Of a stretch of DNA of 64,000 nt, positions 1-13,011 are shown piece after piece. The stretch's first letter is position 1. Each line of letters starts with the position of its first letter. The notes beneath the pieces were generated by a model, which worked only from the letters and a program-made list of their open reading frames with translations, made no database searches and was not told the DNA's origin. The DNA is from Octopus vulgaris (taxonomy: Eukaryota): the NCBI GenBank assembly GCA_951406725.2, contig OX597827.1:34844001-34908000 (forward strand), written 5' to 3'. A program made the position numbers and the translations under genes.

Positions 1-214
1 TTTAAACTGGTTATATCTGGTCCAAATATTCTACTTGTTTTATGTTCAAACTGGCCACATCTGGCCTCTCACACCTATCTTACAATGTTATTCTAAAAAT
101 AAACAATCACATCATCAAAATCTTGAAGTTAGGATATAATGCATGATTAATTCAAACCAGTGTGAATAAATAAGCATTATAAGAATAAGAATAATCTGAA
201 TGCTAAAGGATTAA
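1..214. mobile_element. piggyBac-type MITE, left end cut by window edge
   Basis: Same internal sequence as 452-647 and 18401-18595; ends AATGCTAAAGGA-TTAA. Confidence 0.6.
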
Positions 215-451
215 CGTCTTGATCAAGATAACCTCAAATCACATCTTACAATAAATCCTAGGTACACTGGATCTGATGGGTAAACAAAATGATCAAACTG
301 GAATGTCTTTTAATTGTAGGTTTGTTCAAGTAGGATTGACAGGGGGGTTAAACAACAACAAAAGATGAAAACATTTACAATAACAAAAGCACATGAAATA
401 AACTATGGATGTCTGCAATGGAAACTAAATTGGCAGAGAAGTTTGATTATT

Positions 452-647
452 TTAACCCTTTAGCATTCAAACCGGCCAAAATATTCTACCTGTTTTATGC
501 TCAAAATGGAGATACCCGGCCTCTCTCACCAACACTACATTATGATTCTAAAAATTAACTGTTACCTCATGCAAACTCCCAGAGTTACAAAATAATGCAT
601 GATTAATTCATGCTTTTGCCAAAATAATATGAATGTTAAAGGGTTAA
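452..647. mobile_element. piggyBac-type MITE
   Basis: TTAA-CCCTTTAGCATTC ... GAATGTTAAAGGG-TTAA: TIRs starting CCC with TTAA target site. Confidence 0.7.
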
Positions 648-768
648 AGATATCCTGAATATAACAATTATATCTGTAATTATAGAAAATTAAACTACAT
701 GTTTGGTAAAGAACAGAACTTCATTGCTATCAGTTTTCTGTGGATTTTGAATGTATAAAATAAATATA

Positions 769-1156
769 GGCACAGGAGTGGTTGTGTGGTAAGTAGCTTG
801 CTAACCAACCACATGGTTCCGGGTTCAGTCCCACTGCGTGGCACCTTGGGCAAGTGTCTTCTACTATAGCCCCGGGTCGACCAATGCTTTGTGAGTGGAT
901 CTGGTAGACGGAAACTGAAAGAAGCCTGTCGTATATATGTATATATATATATATGTATGTATGTGTTTGTCCCCCTAGCATTGCTTGACAACCGATGCTG
1001 GTGTGTTTACGTCCCTGTCACTTAGTGGTTCGGCAAAAGAGACCGATAGAATAAGTACTGGGCTTACAAAGAATAAGTCCCGGGGTCGATTTGCTCGACT
1101 AAAGGTGGTGCTCCAGCTAGGCCGCAGTCAAATGACTAAAACAAGTAAAAAAGAGT
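769..1156 (+). mobile_element. tRNA-derived SINE, family 1 (CORE-like body, internal (TA)/(TG) tract)
   Basis: Box A-like TGGTTGTGTGG, box B-like GGTTCAGTCCC, GCACCTTGGGCAAGT core, A-rich tail; about 10 copies in window. Confidence 0.8.
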
Positions 1157-1806
1157 ATGGGAATATTTCCCAGTGTTGCCAGTTGCATAAAGAACGTATA
1201 GTTAAGTGGGGAACAGAATCAAGGTAGTATGCCAAACAATGTTCACTCAATTAAAATTTTACCTATAATAGTAACAAAGGTAGAACAATCATCAGCATTA
1301 ATGATAATTCTTGTCAAGAAAATAAGGGAAATAATTCTGAAATCCTAAGATTTTTGTTCATTGAAGACATTTAATAATACTTAAAAATATCCATAGTTGT
1401 TACCATACTTACCAAAGATAATACTCACTCCCCATAGTATGTTCAAATTTTAATAAATTCAGATTTCAGAGTTATCTCTCTTTTTCATCATAATAATTAT
1501 CATTAATACTAAGGGTGATTTTCTTCATTACAGATATAATTTTAATTCAGTAATATTTATTTTTTATTTTGGTTCCAACAATAAGTATGTCACTCTCAAT
1601 TAATTACTTATTTCCACTGATTACATCCATAGTAAAGTTTTACAAACAGAATTGAAATAGTTGTGAATAAATGATTTTTTAATTAATACTGAAATCTATA
1701 TTGATGAATAGCCAATAAAATGATACACTTAATAGTAATTAAGATGACACATTCAGGTCCTAAATTCCTAAAAACTGAGAATAACAATCATGAGAAACGA
1801 AGGAAT

Positions 1807-2856
1807 TTATAGTTGATTAACACCACCAGATTCTGGTAGGTTGTACTGGAAAACTTGATCCTTGTTAGATGATGGATTCACTTCAGCCAAGTTTGGCATC
1901 ATATGTGCTTTCTCATGACACTGTAGGATTGATTTTTGAGGGAAGACTTTTCCACAGACATTACATTCAAAGATTTTTTTGTTGCCATGTGTGCGTTTAT
2001 GAGTCTTGAGATTGCCTTTCTGGGAGAAATTCTTCCCACATATATCACAGGAGAATGGTTTCTCACCTGTATGAGTTCTGATGTGACTGAGTAGGTTAAT
2101 TCTTTGTGCAAACGCTTTGTCACATAAGGTGCAGACATATGGCTTGTGACATGCATGTGTGTGCTCATGGTTACGAAGGTGTGCACGCTGGCTGAATGCT
2201 TTTGAACAATGGGAACATTGAAAAGGTCGCTCTCCAGAGTGTGTCCTTATATGGTTACTAAGATGATCCTTCTGGCTGAATGCTTTTGGACAGGTGGGAC
2301 ATTTAAAAGGCCGTTCCCCTGTATGGGTGCGCTCGTGTACTTTGAGATGAGCTTTTTGGCTAAAAGACTTAAGACAAACTGAACATGTGTAAGGGCGGTC
2401 ACCTGTGTGTGTCCGCTCATGGCTGCGCAAATGTGCTTTCTGAGCAAACACTTTCTGGCAGTAGACACAACTATGATGCTGTTGCCGGTCACTATTTCCG
2501 GAAAATGCACTGTGTTCATGATTTTGAAGGTTTGCTCGCCGACTAAAGCTTTTGCGGCAAATTTCGCACTTGTAAGGTTTGCTGCTGTGACTTGCGACCT
2601 TGGCAGAAGTTTGCGACTCTGGTGCATTTAAATGTTCACGGTTATTCCGAGACTGGTAGCCACCCTTGACTGAATTGTTTAAATAATGAGGGCAAGTGGG
2701 TTCATGGTGATGGTGGTGATGGTGGTGGTGGTGGTGATGGTAGCGTGAGTGATTGTTATCTTCAGGTTGTTGAAATGGCTTGTTGTTGACGTCATATCTG
2801 TACTGGTTATCCACAGAAGATGAACTTGGATAAACAGGTTGCATGTGAAACATCAT
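1807..2856 (-). CDS. C2H2 zinc-finger protein (349 aa; poly-His tract; 7 canonical plus 1 degenerate finger), single coding exon (ZNF1 below)
   Basis: Intact ORF with CxxC-x12-HxxxH repeats and TGERPF/TGEKPF linkers. Confidence 0.95.
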   Translation of the reverse strand: MMFHMQPVYPSSSSVDNQYRYDVNNKPFQQPEDNNHSRYHHHHHHHHHHHHEPTCPHYLNNSVKGGYQSRNNREHLNAPESQTSAKVASHSSKPYKCEICRKSFSRRANLQNHEHSAFSGNSDRQQHHSCVYCQKVFAQKAHLRSHERTHTGDRPYTCSVCLKSFSQKAHLKVHERTHTGERPFKCPTCPKAFSQKDHLSNHIRTHSGERPFQCSHCSKAFSQRAHLRNHEHTHACHKPYVCTLCDKAFAQRINLLSHIRTHTGEKPFSCDICGKNFSQKGNLKTHKRTHGNKKIFECNVCGKVFPQKSILQCHEKAHMMPNLAEVNPSSNKDQVFQYNLPESGGVNQL

Positions 2857-3595
2857 AATTATATGTATGCGAAGGGCTTTGTTTAAAACATAAGGAATAT
2901 CTCATTCCATAGCAGTCATGGTGTTGCAAGCAAAACCAATTCTTTTTAAATTTTGTCAATTCTTAAATCATCACCTTAAACACCTACTGTTAATAATTCT
3001 TGACAATTCAAATACTTGGCTCTTAGAGGAAAGTTTGGACAAGCTGTAAGGATTCTTTATGCTTGATCATTGCATGCAAGCAGTTATGATATCTAGGGAT
3101 CATTGAAAGAATTAATGACTTTTGAATAATTTATAAATATATATATATGTGCATATAAAATTTTTTACAATGATCATATTTGTCTTAAATACTGTAGAAC
3201 CCCATGTACTATATGTAGTTTATCATAAAAACCAGTATTAAAATTAGAGGTGTATATAATACAATGTACTCATTAAAATACAGGTGTATATGAATATCTT
3301 GCTCAAATAATTTACAAGTAATCACAAGGTTTTTAAGACAATTTAGGTCCCGAAAATTAAGGTATGTACAATATACACAAACTTTATACTAAGTCAAATA
3401 AAGACTAGTAAATAATTTTTTCCTGCATATTTAGGTGTTACAGGATAAAAAGTCTGTTGTGTTGTGAGCTAGTTAGATCTGTTGAGTAGTCTTCATATAG
3501 TGTGTGACTTTGGCATCTCAACAAGATGTAGTCAAGAAAAGCAAATAAGACTCTTCTAGTTTTCTGTTTCAGTTACCATTCCAATCTCCATACAT
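2857..3595 (-). other. Putative 5' UTR part of the ZNF1 coding exon (acceptor AG at 3597-3596)
   Basis: Minus strand TTCTTTGTGTCTTTGCAG|ATG; repeats begin just beyond this point. Confidence 0.5.
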
Positions 3596-4298
3596 CTGCA
3601 AAGACACAAAGAATTAATCCAACACAAGAAAGCATGAAAGGCAACAACACAAACAATATAAATTTGAAGAAGTAGTAGTAGTAGCAGTAGAAGAAAAAGA
3701 AGAGCTCATAGTCATCTCTGATTGAGCAGACCTATGACCAACGATATACCAGCCATAATCAGAAACACTATATTGTCTAATGTGCTCTTCCTTTTTACAG
3801 GTAACAGGGAGTGATTTGAAATTTGGTTACTATTTCTAGCAGCTTGAACAACTGTGTAGATGCTCTCTCATTCTCTATAAAACCTAGTATAGTAGCAATA
3901 GTTTAGCCCTACATCAGGCCCTTTTGAAATAGTTTTATGACTGAAGATATTTCATCCTTGACCATCAGGTCTTTTATTTTCCAAGAAGCCTCTATGTAAC
4001 TGCTTGATCTGCTAGAAACAGGCACCACAAAAATAAGATGTGAGATTTATATGGAAGGTAAAATGTAACTGTGGGACATTTATTCCTTTTTTTTAAAGAG
4101 TATTAGTGAATTGGATGCAGTAAAATAGCTAGAAAAGATGGCAATTGAAAGTAAGTCTTAGGAAGCCAGGAAGAAGGGACCATAACTACTGTATTTTGTC
4201 TGATGTCAGTCATTTGGTGGGGGGTAGGATCACAGTGAATTAAATTGACCTCAGAATTTAACCAGCACTTTTCTTTTAATGACTATAGAAGAATGGTA

Positions 4299-4500
4299 AG
4301 GTGGCAAGCAGTCAGAATTGTTAGCATGTCAAACGAAAATCCTTAGAAGCATTTCTTCCTGTTGTTTATGTTCTGAGTTCAAACCCTGCCAAGGTCAACT
4401 TTGCCTTTTATCCTTTTGGGGGTCGATAAAATAAAGGACCAGTCAAGTACTGGGGTTGATGTAGTTGACTTGACCTCTCTTCTTAAAATTGCTGGCCTTC
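4299..4500 (+). mobile_element. tRNA-derived SINE, family 2
   Basis: GTTCTGAGTTCAAA box B, GGTCAACTTTGCCTTT, AGTACTGGGGTTGAT; further copies near 9515, 25370-25740, 33790, 37230, 37910, 41240, 62430. Confidence 0.7.
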
Positions 4501-4579
4501 AACCCTGCAATAGATTGATAGATAAATCTAGCTCTTATCCTCTCAGTTAACTTCGTTAGCAAGAGGAAGAAATTTAATG

Positions 4580-4945
4580 ACTTGTATGGTTAAGAAGCTT
4601 GGTTTGCAGCTGCTTGGTTTTGGGTTCAATTTCACTGTGCAGTACCTTGGGCAGATATCTTCTACTACTATAGATGCAGGCTGACCAATGCCTTGTAAGT
4701 AGATTTGGTGGACAGAAACTGTGGAAGACTGTGCAAGTGTGTTTTTGTGTTTGTCTTCCACCACTGCTTGACAACTGGTGTTGGTTTGCTTATGTCCCCG
4801 TAGCTTAGCAGTTCAGCAAAAGAGACTGTTAGACTAAGAATCAGACTTAAAAATAACTACTGGATGGAGTCAATTTGTTTGACCAAACTCTTCGAGATAG
4901 TGCTCCAGCATGGCTGCAGTCCTATGACTGAAACAAGTAAACAAT
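4580..4945 (+). mobile_element. SINE family 1, diverged copy
   Basis: Colinear with 769-1156. Confidence 0.75.
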
Positions 4946-7849
4946 AGATGATTAAGACAACCTTCTAACAGAGTGCAAAATTGATGTTAAAAATTTAAAA
5001 AGGAAAGTAGACACAACAAAAAATAAAAACATCAGTAGGTAGGTGACCAAAAATTTTTAAGCGTGAAAACAGGTGACAATACAGCAGCAAGTGTTCTAAG
5101 ATCATATTTTCCTTCTAACGCAGGGATTAGCTTTGCAGGGCCCCATGACAGACTTCTCTATTTTGCCCTGCGCTCTACATCCTTACCTAAATAATTCTAC
5201 TTACTCGTTTCCTTCAGGTATATTTTCATTGATCTTCCCTTTCCTTCCACATGTTGAGGAAGTGAGATGTTTAAGTGCAGTCACAGCTCCTTGGTTAAGA
5301 AGTTTATTTCACAACCATGTGGCTATGGGTTCAATCTCACTAAGTAGCACCTAGGACAATTGCCGTCCTTCAACTGTAAACTTAGATTGCCCAGTATCTT
5401 GGAGAGCTCTAGGTATCTCCACCTGGGTAGCTCTAAGGACATAATTGAAGGAGGGACACCCTGTTTATTAAGGAAATAAGCTTCTTAGATTCACGACAGC
5501 AGTTTTTGTTACCATATTTCTGTTGAAATATGGTAGCAAATTACTTTGTTACCATATTATTGCCTTTGTTTCAATTAATTTTGAAAATATTGAAGAATTT
5601 AATCAAATAAAACAGTCATTGTTAAGCTGGTATATGGAACATAAATTAAGATGAAATTTTGGTGGCAAGTTTTAACAGCAAGTTTGTGTTATAGAACCAA
5701 GGGCAGTTTCAGGTGTTTTGGCATCAAAAGAATTAAAGATATCAAGACCCAAATGATTAAATCAGCAGGGAAATTGTAATGGGGTGGTGATGGTGCTAGA
5801 GTTAAGCAGGTTGTTGTTCAGCACTAGGTCAATCCTGATGAAAGACCTAAGATTAAAGGCATTCTAGTTTGGACCATCTTGTCTTTGTAGGGGTACCTAA
5901 GACTACATTATGCAATGTGATCTTTTTTTTCTAAGACAAGATATAATGTGATTAGAGGGAGGTTTAACTGTTATTTCTAATGACTACAGACATGTTAACC
6001 TTGTTTGAGGTTTTGATGAAGATGCCTCATTAATTTAGCAATGCTGATGAAGTCAATGAAAATTAAGCTTATTCCTAAAAACTGGAAGAGGAGGAGGATA
6101 GGATGGGTTGTGTGTGTTATTGGAAGGGAACTGATGAAATGAGAAGTGAAATGAAGAGAATATGAAAGTAGTGTGTGTATGTGTGGAGGAGGTTCAGGCG
6201 CGGACAACATTTGTAGTAAATGAAGAAAGAGGAATGGGAGGAGGAAGAGCAGATTTTCAATAATCAATTCAAAATTACACTACAACAAAATATTTAAAAT
6301 TAGAATATTTAGAATGCATTCTTCCTTTTAGAACTTAATACCCTAGTCAATGGAGAGACACTATAAAAGACCGGAGGTAGTTAAGTAGATAGAATAGTGG
6401 GGTTGGACAGTACCAATGAGGATAACACTAATTGATTAGAGATATGGCGGAATATAGTGAGAGAGAGAGAGAGAACTACAGGAAAAGGGTATTTATAACA
6501 AGGAAGTTGGAAGGATACAGGGGAAAGTGTAAGAGAAATGAGGAAAAGGAGAATTTTTTAAACTTGTTCAACCCAACTATGGAACAAAAGTGTAGTGGTA
6601 GAGTATTAAATGAGATAAATTGGGTGTTCGTATTTCGGGGCTATTTTTTTATCATTATTGAGTAAAGTTTATAGCGAGATGTTACGTGTTTAATTTACCT
6701 GTATGTTCCATTGTACATCAACAAACGGAAGGGCGCTGGGGAAGGAGTGGGTTATTTTGGCAAAACAACAGCACCATAATAAAATGTTAAGTGGTAGGTA
6801 GGACAGTAGATTGAGTGGATCAAAGGTATTAAAACCGTCCAATTTTTTACGGAAGTATCTAAGATAACATTATGCGGAATGTCCATAGGATGTAAATGAA
6901 TACAGATTTCTACGTGAGTGAGCAGACATGTTCGTTCAGGACAATAGTTATCAAGACATGATAGGGAAGAACATTCTTAGATGTTCCATGATTTTAGTTA
7001 ACCATACAATACCTGATCTCCATCACGATTATTTGAAACGAAATATATAGAAAGTGGAATGGTAACCACTCCTAACAGAAATAGGCATCAAAAACTGCAA
7101 AGACGAACATAACAGGAAAACAAAGTGAAGACGGAATACTATTGTTCCTAAACCTAAGAAAAAAATCAGGCATAAACTTGACAATTATTGATTGAATAAA
7201 AAAATTTCCTCTCGGTTTATATTTTATCTTCTTAAATTATGTTGTGAATATCTTGTTCTGGCTGTAAACAAGCTAATTCAAAACTCGTCTTCAATCATGC
7301 ATTGATGTTATTACTAAGTGAAGAACCCTTTTTCGGGTGAAATTATTCTTTTTTGTAATTACCGGACATTTATTTTTCAATATTACAGTAATTTGTAACT
7401 GGAATGTAAAATGAAGATAATATTGTCGTTTAGCTCCAAGTCAGCTCTGGTCAAACTGTCGACAATATAAGTTCAGCACCATTCGATCTGTGACGATCTT
7501 TCTACGAATATCTAAGACTAGGTTTTCCAAGGTGCCCCTTGTTTTTAAGACAGATAGGCTCTGATTCAAGAACTTGCTGCTATTTCTAACAGTGCAACTT
7601 ACCATGCGAAGGTAAACCTCGATTCCGAGGAGAAAGCGAGTGGAGTAGAATGTGTAATATTGGAGTAAACAGTTGAAAGTGAAATAGATTGAATTGTAAC
7701 GACAAAGAATTGTGCTTCGCTCTATCTACTTGTATATCGGACGAGTGTTTTGGCGTGGACATGAAAGAAACACACGTGTGTATGTATAAGATTAGCGGCT
7801 CAGTTTATTTGTACGTCGGATATGTGGAAGGAAACAGTGATTATAGATG

Positions 7850-8300
7850 CATGGTGTTTCCCAGTCGACTTCCATTTTGAACAAGAGGGAGAAAAAACGA
7901 AATTGATGTTTCACTGAGTCGTTATACGGGACATGACGGGGAGGGAGACTGATACAACATTGGCTGTTCACTGTATATTAGTTATATCTGACATTAATGG
8001 TTGGAAAGAACAGTTGTGTGTATATATAAAAATTTATGATGTTTCGTTATCGACTTCAATCTGGAACAGAATAAAGGGAGAAAAAAATATATAAAAATAA
8101 CGTTTCCACTACATATATGGGACATGAAGGTGGGGAGAATATGTACAAAACATTGATGTTTCACTGTAGACTTGTTAAGGGCGGGAAAGAATATATATAG
8201 GAAGTGAAGCAAGCACTAACACACACACGCACACTAGAAAATATTTGCTGATCCATTGTGGACTTGATATATCAGACATGAAGGGAGGGAGAATGTTTGA
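7850..8300. repeat. Degenerate ~60-70 bp tandem repeat
   Basis: Recurring GGGAGA...TTGATGTTTCACTG...GGACATGAAGGG motifs. Confidence 0.5.
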
Positions 8301-8343
8301 TTATTTTTCAGTTGATCGAAAGTAAGAGATGATGATGACTTAC

Positions 8344-8430
8344 ATTCCAGCCTCCACTTAACGAGAGAACTGTGAATCTGCTGCGGCCATAGGTTGCTTC
8401 CCTTTGTTAAACTACCATGGCCGACCTACT
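8344..8430 (-). promoter_or_regulatory. Putative non-coding first exon / promoter of ZNF1
   Basis: Minus-strand donor GTAAGT at 8343-8338; YY1-like ATGGCCGC and GGCCATGG motifs; locally CpG-richer, repeat-poor. Confidence 0.45.
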
Positions 8431-11400
8431 TTCCTCTATTCTCATTTGTGAGAAACACTTGAACAATGACTAGAATTTTTTTTATCCCAGTTACATTTCC
8501 AACTGAAATATTTTGTTTGATAGGTTACTCTGTGTGTGTGTGTATATATATATAATAATAATAATAAAAAATATATATATAGTTAATTCACACACACACT
8601 GAATGTAATAAGAATATAATTTATATATTTCTTTCTCAAAATCTGCAAATAAAAGAAATATAAAAATGTTGGTAATAATCTCCATCCCTCCGCCTAAACA
8701 ATTCCAAAACCTCCTTCCCTCCATAAGATTTTTTTATATCTTCCAATCATACATCTTTTTATTAATTTGTTTCTGGAAATTTATAATTATTTTTGGAAAC
8801 CAAATATTTTTTTCATAAATGAACGACTTTTTATTATGATTGTATAATAAATAGAATTTAGTTAAAGCATTTAAATAATCCATCAATGAATTTCTCTTCA
8901 AAAATAAAATGTATTCAAGTAGGGAGGGGGAAGACAAAAAGACAAATATCATGCTCCGGTTTTTCTCGTCGTCATCGTCAATTTTCGTCAATAATTTTGT
9001 AATTTATTTTCATTTAACTAATACAAAATGGAGTTCGAAATTAACTTTCAAAATGAACTAAAAACTACTTTTGCAAAATAGAATTAATATTAAATGATAT
9101 TAAATTTAGTAAAACTTGATTTGGATTCCTTTCTCTCTGCAGCCAAAATAAAAAAAAAGCCAACGTGATCGAGCTGTTTAGTCTATCGAGATCTTAGAAC
9201 TTAGAAATAAAATACGCTTTAACATCGATTAGTTAATCCAGTTTTAATACAGTGTAGTGGTTAATTAATTTTATAATAATGCGGTGAGATTAATTTTATA
9301 ATAAAAAGGCGAGATTAGCTTGTATAGTTTGGAATAGAATGAGACTTGTGGAGTAAAAAATAATTACGAATTAATATCTTCTAATGCAAATTGTTCGCTT
9401 TTCTACCTGTGCCAAAAATATCGATTTCTTTCTTGGTTGGGTAACATACCGGTATAGGAAAGGTTATGGGTAATTGAATCAACCTTCGTTTAAAACAGGT
9501 ATTCAAGTATGGGAATTGGCAGAGTCGGTAGACCAACGGATAAATGCCAAATGGTATCTAACTACGGCCCTTTACGTTCTGAGTTCAAATCCTCTTGAGA
9601 TTAAAGTTGCCCTTCATCCTTGCGTGGCCATAAAATACAACTACCATTCGAGTACTCGATTTAGTAATACTATAATGGAATTTCAATAGATGAAAAAAAC
9701 CCACAAAGGGGCTTCTATGTGGTTGCTGGCTCTTTTAGAAATAGCACCAAAATCTCTTTCAGATATCACTGTTATTAGAAAAGTAGAGAAAGATGCACTG
9801 AATTTGAAAGGACAAGAAGGCCATAACGGTAACACTTTGGTCATAGGTTTGCTTTGTCAGAAATGAATAATTTTACTCACTCCTAGAGAGATGGAAGGTA
9901 AAAGTGTTAACTAGGATTGAACTTTGAATATAGAGTGAATTAAATGTTGGATGCCATTTAGGGTGGTTCCATATAAATGAATAAGCCAGAGGATTATGCC
10001 AAATTTCTGTGTCTGCTTTGGAATGATGGCATGGAAAGCAGACGTTAAACGACGGCGATGATGATATTATTTGTTGTCATAGTATCACTCATGCTTTCAT
10101 GAATCTGTTGATATAAAACCTTACATACTTTGAGAGCATAGGGTCATATTTGGTAGTATTGGTTTCCAGTTTTGGCAGAAGCAACTGTATGAAGCATTTG
10201 TCATAATTTATATTATTTGTTGTCATGGTATCACTCATGTTTTCATGAATCTGTTATAAAACCTTATATACTTTGAGAGCATAGGGTCAAATTTGGTAGT
10301 AATGGTTTCAAAAGTTTGGCAGAAGGATCTGTGAGAAGCATTTGTCATAAATGATATTACTAGCAAATCTACCCATCTACAATGGAGGCATAAAATGAAG
10401 GAGGGATGCCTTAACAGCAGTATGTATTGAGAAATGTGTAAGTGGACTTGATAGATTACTGGATGATGTATAAGAGTAATCACATTATTGTTGGTGATAC
10501 AGAATTCTGTTGCAGCTATATGATGTGTTCGTGATCGACATATGAAATAGGCTCTCAGCCTCTGTATCATGAATGGTTATATGGACCACTCCTAACGAAA
10601 GCCAGAGCTTCTTTCGACCACTACATAAAATGTATTAAGAAAAAAATGCTGTTTAGATATACTTTTATTTTAGTTGTTTACACTATTTTATGCTTGTTTA
10701 TACTTTTATATATTCAAAATTCACAAATTTCCATATTTAAATTATGAATCATATTCCTTTCGATAATATCAATATGATTACAAAAACTTCTTTGTAGATG
10801 ATACATTCTGTTTGGTTGACACTAATTTTCAAATTACTGGAGTCTGTTGCTCTACTCATAAATGGCCCTGTGTAAACATCGGAGTGGGTAAAAATACACC
10901 TACATGATCTAAAGTCTGGCCCTGTGCTTTGTTTGCTGTGAATGCGTGAGCAGAATCGTTAGGGTTGCAAAAGCTCAAACTTACCTCTCACTGCTCTATG
11001 CAAATAATGTCTGGATGTTCTGGTACCATGGATTATTTTGATTGACAAAACTGAGATGTAAACTTCAGCCACTTTGATTAGCCATTTCGAATCCTGCTTG
11101 AGACAGACACACTTCAATAACCACACACATTTTTTCCATTTCATTTTCACTATTAACCAACCTTGCAACCCACTTTGTATCTAAGATGGGGCCACAAACT
11201 ATACAATGAAAATCCAGAGTTACATGTGGTCAGTGAATTTTTGATAAAAATGCGAAGGCGGTTTATTAATTCAGAAATCAATATCTACAAAATAATCATA
11301 CATTCTGATCCTTTAATTCTAAAACCCTTCCTGATGACTGTCTTGGTAATCCCCCAAAATATTGTAACCATTGGTCCAGCCATTTGGCCATGAGCAGGGA

Positions 11401-13011
11401 ACAAAGAGATGGACATAACACCCATTATAGTAAGATAGCAAATCTGCCCATCTACTATGGGAAATAAAGGGAAAGTATCGCAAATCTAAACCTTCTAAAT
11501 TCCTGAACTATACGAGGATGGGTGGAAATCCAGAGTTAATCCTCATCAAACAACAAAAAACAAATTAATACAAAACTCAATATCCACTAAATAATCATCC
11601 TTTTTCCCATTTTTTCTGCCAACAACCTTCTTGATTACCACCTTTGTAATCCCAAAAAACATTGTGACCATTTAACCATGGAGAGGGAACAGACAAATGG
11701 ACATAACTCCTATTATAGTAAGATTTGTTGTCATAGTATCACCTATATGCTTTCATGAATCTGTTATTATAAAACTTTAAACATTTTGAGAGCAAAGGGT
11801 CAAATATATGCTATGTAGTTGTGGCTCTTCCCACAAAGGGGAATTTATTGGTAATATTGATTTCAAATTTTGGCCCGGGGCCAGCAATTTTGGGGGAGAG
11901 ATAAGTCCAAGAGATCAACCCAAGTGTTCAACTTCTTATTTTATTGATCTTGAAAAGCACAGTCGACCTCATCAGAATTTAAATGCCAAAACCTTCCCAG
12001 GCGAAGAGTGTACCCCACAACATAGACTGGTAGTCAGTGACTTTAGAATCAGGACTAAGAGGACGACTAGAAGACGACCAACATGGAGAAGAAGGGTCTG
12101 GAAGCTTAAAGACCCTGCAAATGGACAGAGATTTAGAGACATGTTACTTGAAGCCTTCAACGAAATAGAAGGGGGTATAGCTACACATGGGGTAGAAGAT
12201 AACTGGACGCTTCTAAGGGACAACCTGCTGAAAGCCACAGACCAGATCTGTGGCTGGTGCAAAGTCCCCACAAGACCCAAAATAACGTGGTGGTGGAACA
12301 ATACTGTTGACAGGGCTATTAGACAAAAGAAACAGGCTTGGAAGGACTGGAAGAACGGTGGTAGCAGGGAAGTGTATCAGACTGCAAGAAGGGAGGCTAG
12401 GAGGCAGGTGTATTTAGCCAGAGGAGAAGCAGATAAGAAAAAAATTTGCCAATGTCCTGCGCCGTGAAGATGAAAGACTTGAGGTATTTCGTGTTGCAAG
12501 ACAGTATGTGAGAGAGAATCGTGACGTGGTAGGAGAGAAATGTGTTCGCAAGGATGACGGCTCACTTGCGCTAAATGAGGATGCAAAGAGAGAGGTTTGG
12601 AGACGCCACTATGAAAGGTTGCTGAATGAGGAAAATGAATGGGATAAAGAGAGTCTGCCGAATGTTGACCCAACAGAGGGACCAGCAATCCGAGTTGACA
12701 GTTCCTTAGTAGATAAGGCAATTAGAAGCATGAAAACAGGGAAAGTCCCAGGCCCATCAGGAATTACTGCAGAGATGCTCAAAATATCTGGTAGTGCTGG
12801 CTATAGCCTAGTCACCCTATAGTTAACCAGGTGATACACGAAGGAGTCATTCCCAATGACTGGTGTAGCAGCATAATAGTTAACTGCTACAAAGGTAAAG
12901 GTGACGCTCTAGATACAAATAACTACAGGGGTATCAAGCTGCTAGATCAGGTAATGAAGGTAACGGAGAGGGTTATAGCCCAACAAATTAGAGAGAGTTA
13001 GCTTAGATCAG

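Noticed and set aside
769-850. tRNA gene at SINE heads
   Set aside because: A/B boxes belong to multi-copy SINEs; no cloverleaf
1899-2631. Alternative-frame and antisense ORFs over ZNF1 (also 22754-23113 over ZNF2)
   Set aside because: Shadow ORFs of repetitive zinc-finger codons
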